Source: Seison nebaliae (Eukaryota). Taken from it: a stretch of 61,487 nucleotides of DNA. Every line of letters begins with the position of its first letter. The stretch's first letter is position 1. The DNA lies in contig JALJEE010002570.1 in assembly GCA_023231475.1 (NCBI GenBank), forward strand, positions 62,001 through 123,487, written 5' to 3'. A program made the position numbers and the translations under genes. Positions 39,072 to 50,700 of this stretch are shown in pieces. Under the pieces are notes generated by a model. The model was not told where the DNA came from. It saw only the letters and a list, made by a program, of their open reading frames with translations, and did no database searches.

Positions 39072-40022
39072 ATGTCACGTTATGAGAATTTAAACATTCA
39101 CGATATACTCAATTCGGATGCTAAATATACCAATCTGTTAGAGACATCAAAGCAACGTAGTAATTTCGAAGTATTCTCAGCAATTACAGCTCTCTTATTC
39201 CTGTTCGGTTTGATTGCATTTCTTCTCTTGATCTTCGTCGTTTTGGATCAACCACAATGGATAGTCTCCGATCAATCGTCACAAGCAATTCCTTATAATA
39301 ATGGCTTTATGGGATTATTTCGACGATGTATTGCCGAATTACCAGATGATGTGATGTATTGTGTGGGGAAGTGGTGGGAAATCAATTCAGTCAGTTCAAC
39401 TCCATTTCGAATTGCTGCTGTTTTCATGGAATTGGCTTGCTGTTTTACCATTTTAGCAATTTTAGTATTCTTATTACTTCTCTGCATCAAAATGACAATC
39501 GTTTTCTCCATAATAACCATTCTCTTATTTCTCGCATTTATTTCGGCATTCATCTCAATTGTCGTCTATCCAGCTGGATGGTATCATCCTCATGTGAAAT
39601 TAATTTGTGGAGATAATGCGTCACCTTATCGACTGGGCTCTTGTTCACTTGGATGGACTTATATAATTGCAATTATTCTCACTCTAATCGCTCTATTATT
39701 AACAACATTATCGATGTTACTCGCATCAGCAATGTATCGATCAATAAGATATCAACAAAGAGAAGCTCGACATCTCTGGATGCATTCGTCAATTTATAAA
39801 TTTATGCAACGAAATCGATTGAAAAAACATCGGAAAAACGTACCAAAACGAAACGGTTTCTTCAACTTTGTCTACAAATTTCATTTTTTAACTTATTCAG
39901 ATTTAAATATCAATTATCGAGTGGAGAATTTAATGGCAGATAATGCTATGCCAAATGCACAGCCACAAGTAGCTCCAATGGGAAATAATGCGATTGCTGT
40001 GACACAAGAAACGAAAATCTAA
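39072..40022 (+). CDS. LHFPL: LHFPL/TMHS-family tetraspan protein
   Basis: Four TM segments, QPQWI, GLFRRC, YPAGWYHPHVKLICG...YRLGSCSLGWTYIIAI; probable in-frame intron ~39856-39900. Confidence 0.88.
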   Translation: MSRYENLNIHDILNSDAKYTNLLETSKQRSNFEVFSAITALLFLFGLIAFLLLIFVVLDQPQWIVSDQSSQAIPYNNGFMGLFRRCIAELPDDVMYCVGKWWEINSVSSTPFRIAAVFMELACCFTILAILVFLLLLCIKMTIVFSIITILLFLAFISAFISIVVYPAGWYHPHVKLICGDNASPYRLGSCSLGWTYIIAIILTLIALLLTTLSMLLASAMYRSIRYQQREARHLWMHSSIYKFMQRNRLKKHRKNVPKRNGFFNFVYKFHFLTYSDLNINYRVENLMADNAMPNAQPQVAPMGNNAIAVTQETKI

Positions 40023-40076
40023 TGGGAAACTCTATAGGTAACGATGATGAGTATCTGAAGAATTTTTGAAAATTTT

Positions 40077-42176
40077 CTAAATTTTTTTTATTATAAAAAA
40101 TGTTAATAAAATTATCGAATAATTTTTCCTTAACATATTTCCCGAATTTTTTATAAAAAATCCAAAACTATTAAATATGCGATGCCATCGAGATCTGGTT
40201 CTCCGTTTCGGATAGAAGGGATGTAAGAAGTCTGAAGAGAATTCCATTGAAGCGGCTTGGAAATTATCAGAACTCTTAATATTTCGCCCATCGAATGGAC
40301 TCACTTCCGTCATATCTAAATATGTGACGGTGATATACACTTGAATATAACAAACGAATGGTGATGGATAATCGTCGTCACATACAACTCGTACACTCGA
40401 ATAATCTTTTCTCCATTTGGCTGAAACGTAAACAATCTTGCCTCGCAATTGAAAAATTTTTCCAACTTGGACATAAGCCAAAAATAAATTGACATGTTGA
40501 TTGAAAGAAGAACACATCAAATTTTTTTTGCCTAACTCACTGAACCATAATTGTTTACCTTCGAATTCTGGATATTGTTCTTCCAACCAACTAATTGAGA
40601 ACCAATCCACTGAATTATTTTTTATAGCATTTGGTGATGCGGCGAACTGATTATTAAATGGTAAAAGAAAATCCATTACTTCATAAACCATCGTTTGTAG
40701 AATGTTGCAATTAAGTGACTTGTTTGCAAAGAACATTTTGAATCCAATGATCTGATTCATCCGAAAATGAAAATCGATATTCATAGTGGAATTTTCATCT
40801 TCATCCGCCTCGACGACTGTTGGATTCATCACTTTCCATCTGTTATTTCGATAAATCTCTGATTCATCAGATGTATGACGACGATATCTCGATTCATCTT
40901 CATCGTATTCTGTTTGTTCTGTCTGCTCTCTAACATATACCCATCTTGGATAAGTTTCATTAAACGATATCTCATATGAACTCTCATTTCTCGTATCGTT
41001 TAATGACGAGACTGTTCCAATTAATATTTTGTCATTAAGTCGATAAGTCGAACTACCATAGCCTGGACGATAATAATCTCGATAATATGCATCTTCTATA
41101 TCGACGTTCAATTTATCATATGTAAGAAATGAATTACTTTTTAATTGAACCCATTCAACACTAAATCTTTGAATAACTTTATTATCATCATCTTCTGGTG
41201 GATTCATTTCAGCAACTCTCTCAATTGTACTTCGTACAATTATCTCATCGATAGCCGTTTCATTTGGTCTTCTCAAAATATAAAATCTAATTTTCGTTTC
41301 TACTAAAGTTGCAACACACTCTTCATATTTTTTCGGATAATTAATAATTGTTGGAGTTGTAGTTTCATTAAAAATTCTTTTATCTCTATCTCGTTCACTC
41401 AATTCTTCATAATCGAAATATTTCCTTGGTTTAGTAATAATGACATAATCTTTGAAATCTGGTTCTAATTTCGTATTTCTACATGGAAATAATTGTTTCT
41501 TTTTATTACAACTTGTAACCATATTTCGACGATATTTGACGACGGCATTCAACAAACAATTACTTCCTGATTGACGAGGAATTTTGAAATATTTTATATA
41601 TTTTCCACTTCTTAGAATGATGGGATCGTTTGAACGATAAGTAATTCGATGTCTCAGAAAATGAGTCGATGTACTACCCAAATCCTTAAGATTAATTACA
41701 GAATATTCATATCGTTGTGGAACGGATAAACGATTATGTGAATCAAACTGAACATATTTCACCGGTTTAGTTCGAATATTTGAACGAGAGACGCATAATA
41801 TGGAAAATAATGATTGTTTTGTTGTCTCCAAATATGCTTCGCCATTCAAAGCGAATTTTATTCGTTTTTCATAACACATAAATTTGTATGATGTCATATA
41901 ATTCGTTCGACACTCGGAAAAAACGGCAAAATCATCTTTTGTGCACGTCTCGTCACAACAACAATTAGCATCACATTGTGTAGAGTGGAAATCACATCGA
42001 CAATCAGATCGATCCAATCCAAGTAACAATAAATCGTTAGGTGTTAATTCAAGTTTTTCCATATATAAATCTACTTCATATTTATCCTCATTCAACAGTT
42101 TCTTTATGTTTATCGGTTCCTTATGACGATAAACACAAGACGAAAGATGGATTATAAAAAATAATAATTTTAACAT
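40077..42176 (-). CDS. TCTN: Tectonic (ciliary transition-zone protein), intronless
   Basis: Signal-like MLKLLFFIIHLSSC, Cys cluster CRCDFHSTQCDANCCCDETC, C-terminal DFLHPF and hydrophobic end; ORF can extend to 42281. Confidence 0.85.
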   Translation of the reverse strand: MLKLLFFIIHLSSCVYRHKEPINIKKLLNEDKYEVDLYMEKLELTPNDLLLLGLDRSDCRCDFHSTQCDANCCCDETCTKDDFAVFSECRTNYMTSYKFMCYEKRIKFALNGEAYLETTKQSLFSILCVSRSNIRTKPVKYVQFDSHNRLSVPQRYEYSVINLKDLGSTSTHFLRHRITYRSNDPIILRSGKYIKYFKIPRQSGSNCLLNAVVKYRRNMVTSCNKKKQLFPCRNTKLEPDFKDYVIITKPRKYFDYEELSERDRDKRIFNETTTPTIINYPKKYEECVATLVETKIRFYILRRPNETAIDEIIVRSTIERVAEMNPPEDDDNKVIQRFSVEWVQLKSNSFLTYDKLNVDIEDAYYRDYYRPGYGSSTYRLNDKILIGTVSSLNDTRNESSYEISFNETYPRWVYVREQTEQTEYDEDESRYRRHTSDESEIYRNNRWKVMNPTVVEADEDENSTMNIDFHFRMNQIIGFKMFFANKSLNCNILQTMVYEVMDFLLPFNNQFAASPNAIKNNSVDWFSISWLEEQYPEFEGKQLWFSELGKKNLMCSSFNQHVNLFLAYVQVGKIFQLRGKIVYVSAKWRKDYSSVRVVCDDDYPSPFVCYIQVYITVTYLDMTEVSPFDGRNIKSSDNFQAASMEFSSDFLHPFYPKRRTRSRWHRIFNSFGFFIKNSGNMLRKNYSIILLTFFIIKKI

Positions 42177-42413
42177 TTTTAAAAACAGAATTATCTCCAA
42201 ACTTTCGTATTGGAGATGAGCCAAAATATTCGTGGTCAAGTATTCAAATACATTTCCATCTTTTTTCATTTTTATCTTCATTTGAATGATAATCGATAAA
42301 AATTGAATTTGATTAAAAGGCGTTGTTTAAATTTATTTATTAAAGGCTTTTATTTTTATTAAATTTCGATTATCATAAAATAAATCTAATTCAGCAATTT
42401 TCTTGTAGGGAAG

Positions 42414-44009
42414 ATGGCTATGGTTTCTTTGAAAACATTTCACAAATCACTCGGTTAAATTTTCAATTGGAGAGAAAAGATATTTTTATTTTAATTTTGT
42501 AGTAAGAAATGTTCCATCATTATTTTCCCCATCAGCATCCTTCACCAATTTAGCTTCATATGAAAGTGGTGAAGGTGGAAGATCATCATTTAATGGTCGT
42601 GTCGCTACCGTTTTTGGTGCGACTGGATTTGCTGGAAAATATATCGTCAGTCGATTATGTTATTATTAATTTAAATATTTAAATTATTATTAATTTAAAT
42701 AAATCCAGTGAAAAAGGGAACACAAGTGATAATTCCATATCGTGGAAATCCAGAAGATGTTCGCAATTTACGACCACCAAGTGATTTGGGTCAAATCATA
42801 TTTCTCGTCAGTATTTTCTCTTTTTTTCTCAAATTAGTCAATTCGATCGTCATTTAAAGCCGTTTCATTTGGAAGATGAAGAAAGTATTTATTATGCAAT
42901 GAAATATTCGAATGTTTGTATCAATCTTATTGGTCGTGAATGGGAAACGAGAAATTTCGGTTTTACTTCAGTCAATGAATTTGGTGCTGGTCGCATTGCA
43001 CAATTAGCGAGAGAAGCGAATGTCGATCGATTAATTCACTTCTCACATTTGAATGCATCACTCAAACCGCAACGAGCAATCTACCAATATTATCGTTCTC
43101 GCGGATCCAATTATTTAATTTCGAAAGTTTTTTTCTCTTTTTTATTAAACAAAAAAATCAATTTTTTAACAAATCAATTTTTTAAATTAAACAGAAAAAA
43201 GGAGAAATATTGGTAAAGGACAAATTTCCCGATGCTACCATTTTCAAACCGGCAGATATATTCGGAGATGATGATCATTTCATTCGATATTATTGTCAGA
43301 CACATTGGAGACGAGTTCACAATGATCTGCCTCTATACAAATTGGGAATGGATACAGTTAAACAACCGATCTTCATACGAAATGTTTGTGATATGATTGA
43401 TTATGCTCTCGATCATCCAGAAACGAAAGGAGAATCATTCGCTTTAGTCGGGTTTGTTATTTTAATTATAATATATTAATATATTTCTTATTTTAATTAT
43501 ATTTCAAAATAATAATAATAACAACAACAACAATCATTTTAGACCTGAACGATTCTTATTAAATGAAATCGTTCGATATATGTGGGAAGGAACATATCGT
43601 CATACTTATGGAAGTATTAGAAATTTGGATCCTTATATTCTGTTAGTTTCATTCTTCAATTTTATATTTAATAATTTTTAAAATAGATTGAAAGTTTATC
43701 TTCATTCGTGGATGCCACATATTAAAGAATTCAACATCGACAAATTAGAACGAGTTAGAAATTAATTCGATTTTTTTTTCAACTACTTTTTTAAATTTCT
43801 TTCCCTTCAAGGAATTTCATAATGATGAAAATGTAGATTATTTGAGAACACCGATGGATTGTGGAATTGAAATGACGAAATTATATAGTGTCTTCGACTG
43901 GTTAATTCGACCGTTCATTGCTAATTCATATTATTCGAGGAAATTAAATGAAATTCCACCTCCGGCACCATTGGAACCAATTAGTACACATCAGCTACTC
44001 AAATATTAA
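42414..44009 (+). CDS. NDUFA9: NADH dehydrogenase 1 alpha subcomplex subunit 9, 8 exons
   Basis: GEGGRSSFNGRVATVFGATGF, KGTQVIIPYRG, DLGQIIF, SNVCINLIGREWETRNF, FPDATIFKPADIFGDDDHF. Confidence 0.95.
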
Positions 44010-44086
44010 TGTTGTAGAAGAAAAATATAAATTTTTTTTTGAAGAATTTATTATAATGTTTGAAAGAAATAATAATGATTTTCAAT

Positions 44087-45372
44087 TTATTTATTTGACA
44101 AATCGAGTGAGATGATTGGAATTTTCAAATCAAATCGTTCCATTAAGTCTGTTGAGAAAGAGGACGTTTCCAAATGTTTGAGAAAATGAAAATTTTGAAA
44201 AGGTTCAATTGTGCCTCTAATGGATTCGTTCGTGTCTTTCCTTAAACTTAAACCGAAACAATATAACATCAAATAATTATTATTACTACACAATTTCTTT
44301 AAAATTTTAGACGATCTCTAAAAATTTGATAAAAAGTTTGGATAATATTAGTTAGAATTTTTTAATTGAATTAACTGAGTCATTAAAACGATCATTGAAT
44401 TGAATTTTCCTTGGAGAAGTTTCGTTATTCTCTTGTCGATTGACGAGATGTGAATAAAATTTATCTCCAATAATTGGCATCAATTGATTGTGGGCGAAAT
44501 AAAGTTGAATTGAATTCCAAATAGATGACGAAGTTTTTAAGTGAATTAATGAAACATTCAAATCACGATTGACATCTAATGTTTTCCATTTAATGTATGA
44601 AGATAAAATAATTTTTTGTTTTCTTTTCGATTTTGTTGTATGAACTTTCTCAATAATTTGACTCTGATAATGACGAAGAAAGATGAAATGTTAATTGATG
44701 AATTTTAATTTCTAACTATAAATTTTCTATTTTGATAATTATATCTAGTTTGAAAGAAGATTTTTTCTCCGATCCAATTACTAATCGACTCCTCATTTAT
44801 TCCTTCAGTGACAACTCTTTTTGAAGAAATTTCAGAAATAAGAAAAATGGAAAAAGAATGAGAAACATATAATTCTGATAAGGAGTAAATTTCGTCCGAT
44901 AATCTCTTTCCATTAAACGTTTATATTTATTCCAATAATCAGAGTTGTTTGTATAAATGACAATTCCTTCGGAAAAACTATTTGGATAAAAGAAGAAAAT
45001 TATGAAGAAAAATATTGAAACTTATCAGGTGCAAAAATTGGATAGATTTCTCTCCATTGTAATGAATCTCGAATTTCACTCATTTTATTTTGAAGAAAAA
45101 TTTTATTATGTACATCCTCTTCTACTTTTCCTTCTTTCACATTAACCGCCTTCTTCGACAAATAACTAAAATTGGGAACTGAAATCAAAAAAATTTTTTA
45201 GAGATTTCAAAATTTTAAATTTTCAACATTTTATTTGAATATTCTCCGATTTTTCGAAAACAACAAAATTATCATCTTTCCATATAAGATTTTTATTTAG
45301 AAGTGGAACAACATTCTCGTAAGAAAGAAATTTCTTTTTAAAAATATTTCGACGAATTGATGAAAATAACAT
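44087..45372 (-). CDS. Mitochondrial RluA-family pseudouridine-synthase-like protein (RPUSD3/RPUSD4-like), multi-exon
   Basis: Manual splicing: targeting-like MLFSSIRRNIF, LIWKDDNFVVFEK (motif I), FAPDNFSEGIVIY (HRLD..SG position), YFAHNQLMPIIGDKFYS (PI.GD..Y). Confidence 0.7.
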
Positions 45373-45561
45373 GTTCTATATAAATTGAAAAAAAATAAAA
45401 TAAAATTTACAAAAAAATAAGAAATAATTTAATTTAAATTCGATTTAAAATAATTTTTTGAACAGGAATTAAAATAGTTCCATTCTTCATCGTTAAAAAG
45501 ATAATAGTTTAAATTGATTCCCTCAATTATATGATATGTGAATTAAAATGAGAGTTGGTCA

Positions 45562-46191
45562 CTATGATTCACTATTCAATTCGGCATCGAAAATTTCGTC
45601 ATCTTTTGCACTAGATTGACCATAATTACTATTTCCCGTGTTACTCGTCTTTTGAGTAGGAGGGATGATGTTGGTCGTGGTTTTTAGAGGAATATTGACA
45701 TGAGAATCTTTCTCTTCTAATTCATCTTTTAATGTAAATTTTGGATATAGTTGTAATGTGGTAAATGATGGTAATCGATGATTCATATTGACTAATGATT
45801 GTATCGGTTGTTGATGTCGATTATATTTTAATGATGTTAAAGTTTTCGTTTTCATGGAAGGATTCGTTTCATTCATCTCCAACTGATCTGCTCTCAATTG
45901 AATGGCAACATTAATAATTTCTTCATTCGATGATCGATTCGAATTCTTATTCTTCGTATTCTCACAACTATTCCGATAATCAGATATTCGACGAGAATGT
46001 CTTGCTATATCGGTGATGAATGTCGATGTATAATCGAGTAATTGACCGATCACTCCTGGTGAATAATCAATAATATGTTGCTCTTCCAATAATTGTTTGA
46101 TAATTCGAATCGGTTGTGGAACTATTTCATCCTCAATAGCTTCCGTTGACGATGCCGTTACAACATCTTTCATTGGTCGTTTTCTGCTCAT
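45562..46191 (-). CDS. TAF9: TFIID subunit 9-like histone-fold protein (divergent, intronless)
   Basis: PQPIRIIKQLLEEQHIIDYSPGVIGQLLDYTSTFITDI resembles TAF9 P.DA.....IL..MGI.EYEPRVI.Q.L.F. Confidence 0.75.
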   Translation of the reverse strand: MSRKRPMKDVVTASSTEAIEDEIVPQPIRIIKQLLEEQHIIDYSPGVIGQLLDYTSTFITDIARHSRRISDYRNSCENTKNKNSNRSSNEEIINVAIQLRADQLEMNETNPSMKTKTLTSLKYNRHQQPIQSLVNMNHRLPSFTTLQLYPKFTLKDELEEKDSHVNIPLKTTTNIIPPTQKTSNTGNSNYGQSSAKDDEIFDAELNSES

Positions 46192-46759
46192 TACTAACGT
46201 GAATGACTTAACACATTATCTCATATCAATATGAAATGATAGAAAAGCTTAAAATTCAACTTACAACTTTTCTTTAATTTTGATATTTAATTCTAATTTT
46301 GATCAACTGAATTATTTCCCAATTAATATTATTATAATTAATTATAATATGAATTTTTATTTAATCCACTTTTTTCTTCATTAATATTACGTTTTAAAGC
46401 CGTTATTTTAATTCCACCACAATGCTTAATACCATTAAAATTAGATGAGAATAAGAACTTTTTCCCCACAAATTCGTTTTGCGCTTCGTCAGCTTTGATG
46501 TACGGAAAATCTTCGAAAAATCCACTTTTAGTTCAACACATCTAAATTGATGTACGGTTTTTTGCCGCGCTCTTTAATTTTCACCTTTAAATTATCGTTA
46601 AACTAATTAAGATTCCAATAGAATTCCTCACCAGAACATGTAACAAATAGAACTGATTTTTTGAAAACGACATTTTATTTTGATATAAGAACGATCTGTT
46701 CCATTCAAATTAATATATTCGTGATAATGTACGAAGCTTCCCATCAGTCAAATATTTGA

Positions 46760-49131
46760 TTATATATCATAATATGGATTTGTATTCGGCGGATGAAAAT
46801 CTAATGGATACGTCATAACTACCTTTTTAAACTTCTTCAATTTCAACAGTCTCCTCTGCTTATTAAATTTGCGACGGTTGCGCGCAAATAGCCACGTTTT
46901 CTGATTCATCAGCTCCTCGTCAGTAATAAATGGATCCATCATTTTACATCTACTCATGAAATCTTCACCAGATATCGTACTGAAGAAATTAAATAAAGTT
47001 AAATAATTTGTGAGATTAAATAAGTTAATTTCAATTAAATTCAACTTTCCCTGTTGTTTCTTTAGGAGATGTTCGAGGTATATTTCAATCGATCTATTCC
47101 TTTGTCTCCTAAGCAATGCAACAAATGGTCCATATTCTCCTAAATTATCCTATTATATAAGAATTATATCAAAGAAAATTTAGTTTGTTGACAGTTAAAT
47201 TAAAGATTGATGGATTGTAATTATTAGATTAATGCATTTATAATCGACGAACAAAGATCAAACTCGTTTAAGACCGTTCTTGATTCTTTTGATTATATCG
47301 AATTGTTGAATTATTTTATATCGATCGGTAATGAAATTTATTAATTCATCAATCATTTCAGTTGGACGTTGATAGAAAACTGTTTCTAATTCAGTTCTAA
47401 ATTCTTCCATGAAAGTCGAATTCTTTTCATAACATAAAAGGAAGAAGAAAACAAGACGAATTAGTATAGTATATAGAAAGCAAATCGAATTGAAGAAGAG
47501 ACTGAAAGACAAAAATGAGAATTGAAGAGGACTTCAAAATAATGATGGTGCTAAGATAGCGGATGTGTAACTGTTTCTTCAGGATTGAAATTTGTCAATT
47601 CAGCTATTAATTTTTTCAGTTTCTTAAATACTTTCTCTTCCGATGTATGCATTGATTCGTTAATCTGAAAATAAATAATTAGTTTTTGTTTTTTTTTTGT
47701 TTTTTCTAATAATAGAAAAATGACTTTGAATGTATAAATCTGTAGGAATTCAGTCAACGTACTATTTTGAGGATTTTTCATAATAGTATGATGGACGTTA
47801 TATAAGCGTCTAATTCTTTCATCTTTATTCGGAATGACTGTATTATAATATTCATGAATGAATGCATCTAAATTCATCTAGAAATTCCCTCAATCTTTAT
47901 ATAAATTCTTCTTCTTATGTTCACTAAACTTTTTGTGGAGTTATTGTGTTCGATCTCAATTCCCAAATATCTTCTATAATTAAATAAACATCTCTAATAC
48001 TCAAATGTTCATTTTCAACGGTTTCGAATAACGTTTGAAGATGTGCCGGCGTCTTCTTCACCGGTTGCTGTTTTAAAAAAGAAAACGGTAAATGAGAATT
48101 TTGTTGAATTAAAATCAGTAGAAATATCTTTATTCTACCAACATAAGTTTTAAGGTATTCCGGTTCATCAATCGCATCTTCTCTAAAAAATTGTGATAGA
48201 AGAATGTCAATAATTTCTTGACTGGTTCTCCCATTAATAGCAATAGACCATGCTGTCTTTCCACAATCTAGCCAATCTCCACATGCATTCCAATCGGGTC
48301 TTAAATAAACAGAATTATTCAATTAGTATTCCTAGTATAAGATTGGGATATTTGAAGAAAAATCTATTACCGAGGTGTTAAATTCGCTCTTCCGAATGCT
48401 TCCTTTTTTTCAAAGTTTTCACGTCGTTGTTTGGCAACTTCATCTTGCGATGGCTTTAAATTTTGACTATCCATTATCGATAATTTTCCATTTCCAAAGA
48501 ATAATCATAATCGTATTATGGAATTCGAATGAAGTAATTGTTGTTATTATTAGTGTTTTTGTTGTTTTTTTGTTGACATATTAAATGTGAATTAAGATAT
48601 TATTTAAGTAAAATCGTTATAAAAGGAATATTAACACTATATTCACATAAAGTTTATTATAATCGCGTTCCAACGATCGACACACATTCTCCAATTCCGT
48701 ATATTTCAATTGGAGATCTTGGTATACGTGCACTGGCGTTCGTCCTTTATATTTCTCTTTCAACTCATCAATTATGACATTCACTCGAACAATGTCTTTA
48801 TTCAATTGACTATATGTTGTGAATTGAAAATGTTAATATTAATCTCATCTCAATCCAATCCAATTATCAAATTTTATCAAATGTTTGATTTGATTAAACG
48901 TACGAACTTTATTTCCATCATAACCACATGAGGATTTGTACCTACTTTAGTTCTTATACTCTGTTTACTCTGCAATTCTTTATGTTTACTACCAGTTTTT
49001 TTTCCACTTTCTAAATCACTTTGTTTTTTACTTCCTGATCTACTTCTTGTACCATCCCGATTAGCAAAATTTACTTTACTAGTGCCCTCATTTGAATTAA
49101 TCTTCGAAGTATCATCTAAAGCCGAATCCAT
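46760..49131 (-). CDS. TSNAXIP1: TSNAXIP1-like coiled-coil protein, multi-exon; start tentative
   Basis: RPDWNACGDWLDCGKTAW...GRTSQEIIDILL and PAHLQ...VENEHLSIRDVYLIIEDIWELR resemble TSNAXIP1 PRPDW..C......W.....GK.S.QLVDVLL and P.FLR...VEN......DV..L.KDAWKER. Confidence 0.65.
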
Positions 49132-50686
49132 TTGCGACGATTTAAAATAATAAGAGATTCTATCTTCCCTTAAGGTAATCAATTAATTTCTTAAATAATC
49201 AATGGTTTAGGTTTCTTTTAATAAATATCGTGACGAAAAGACTTAGCGCAAAATTTTGTTTTCCTTTAACAACAATATTTTTCACTACTTCTCTTCCATA
49301 TTTGAATTTCTTATTTGAATGGATAACAATATAGAGAGATGGATAGATATCGAGTGGAAACGAAGTGGATAATTCAAATAAAAAAAACGTTTTCACACAA
49401 AAAACTTTTGTTAACTTTTCGTCTTAGGGGAAATTGGTAGAAAACTGTTGAAAGATTTAATGTCGATTTGTTAATTTAAGAAATTCATGGCGTACATATA
49501 CATATTTGTTGGAATGATGAATATTGTATAAATATCGTGAAGTAATCAATGATGCTGTGCATAATTAATGTAAATTGGATGAATATTTCAATTCTGCTAT
49601 TTTCCTCCCTTCAAATCGCGACTTCAAATGAAAAGAAGCGAATTATTCTATTATATTCATAAGTCCACCGATTTCTCCACTAGTGTAAGCTGTCTTTGTC
49701 GCTATTCATTGAAATTAGGGAAGGTGGAGACGCTACCCGTGCATTAATTGATTAGAATGCAACATACTGCCATAAATTCCCCGTTGTCAACAGTTGGATG
49801 CTAATAAGCACCTTTCATTCTTTATGTATACCACCACAAAAAGTCATCTTTCATTGCAGATTGTCAATTCAGATAAAAGTAATTTAATTTATATTTTCCA
49901 TTTTTTCCATCTGCCTTTCAAAGCTGAAATATGATCAGTTGATTCGAATGAAGACAAGGCGAACGATGAAATATTAGTATATTTATATGTTTCTTATAAA
50001 CGTCCACTTACCAAAGATGAAAATCGATTCTTCTAAGATCTAAGCTACCTATGATCCTACCGTTTGGAAACACTTGAACTCTATACTTTCATCTTAATCT
50101 TATCATTATTTTTTCTAAGTTTTATATAAGAAATTCTTATTGTAGAAGTAGAAAATTGATATAGCGAAGAATTAGGTGTCTCTTCAACGCAAACATCTAA
50201 CACCTTCACGTCTGTTTCCAATGACGTGCTGAAATTTCCAACATTCTTCTTTTAACACATTTATTTTCTTTTCGTACAATTTTGTGCGCAAACAAACGAT
50301 TAAAGCGTTGTCATTTCTTCTTATAATCAAATATATCTACAAATTTCCTTTCATATAAATTCACATAAACTATTGACAGATAAAATCTCTTTTCCTTTCA
50401 TCAGTCAATTCTCATTAAATTAAATGTTGATGTATCCATTTCATTCTTCTACTTCTTTGTATTAGATATTTCTTTTCGCCTTCTTATTCACCGGAAATAA
50501 CGGGAACGATTTCCTTTTGTCTAAACAACAAATGCCTATTACGAAGCTGACGTGGTCTAAAGATGGTAGACGTCCATTCAATGAAATATTAAAGCGTCGT
50601 CATCTTAAGCAAACGCTGACGTATCCTTTCAACAACAACACAAGATCAACTATTAGTTACGAAGCGCAAATGATAACGTTAGTTTT

Positions 50687-50700
50687 GTTGCCATGGCAAC
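50687..50700. promoter_or_regulatory. Perfect palindromic RFX X-box
   Basis: GTTGCCATGGCAAC. Confidence 0.75.

Noticed and set aside
40029..40042. Partial X-box-like CTATAGGTAAC between LHFPL and Tectonic stops
   Set aside because: Only one good half-site and located at 3' ends of both genes
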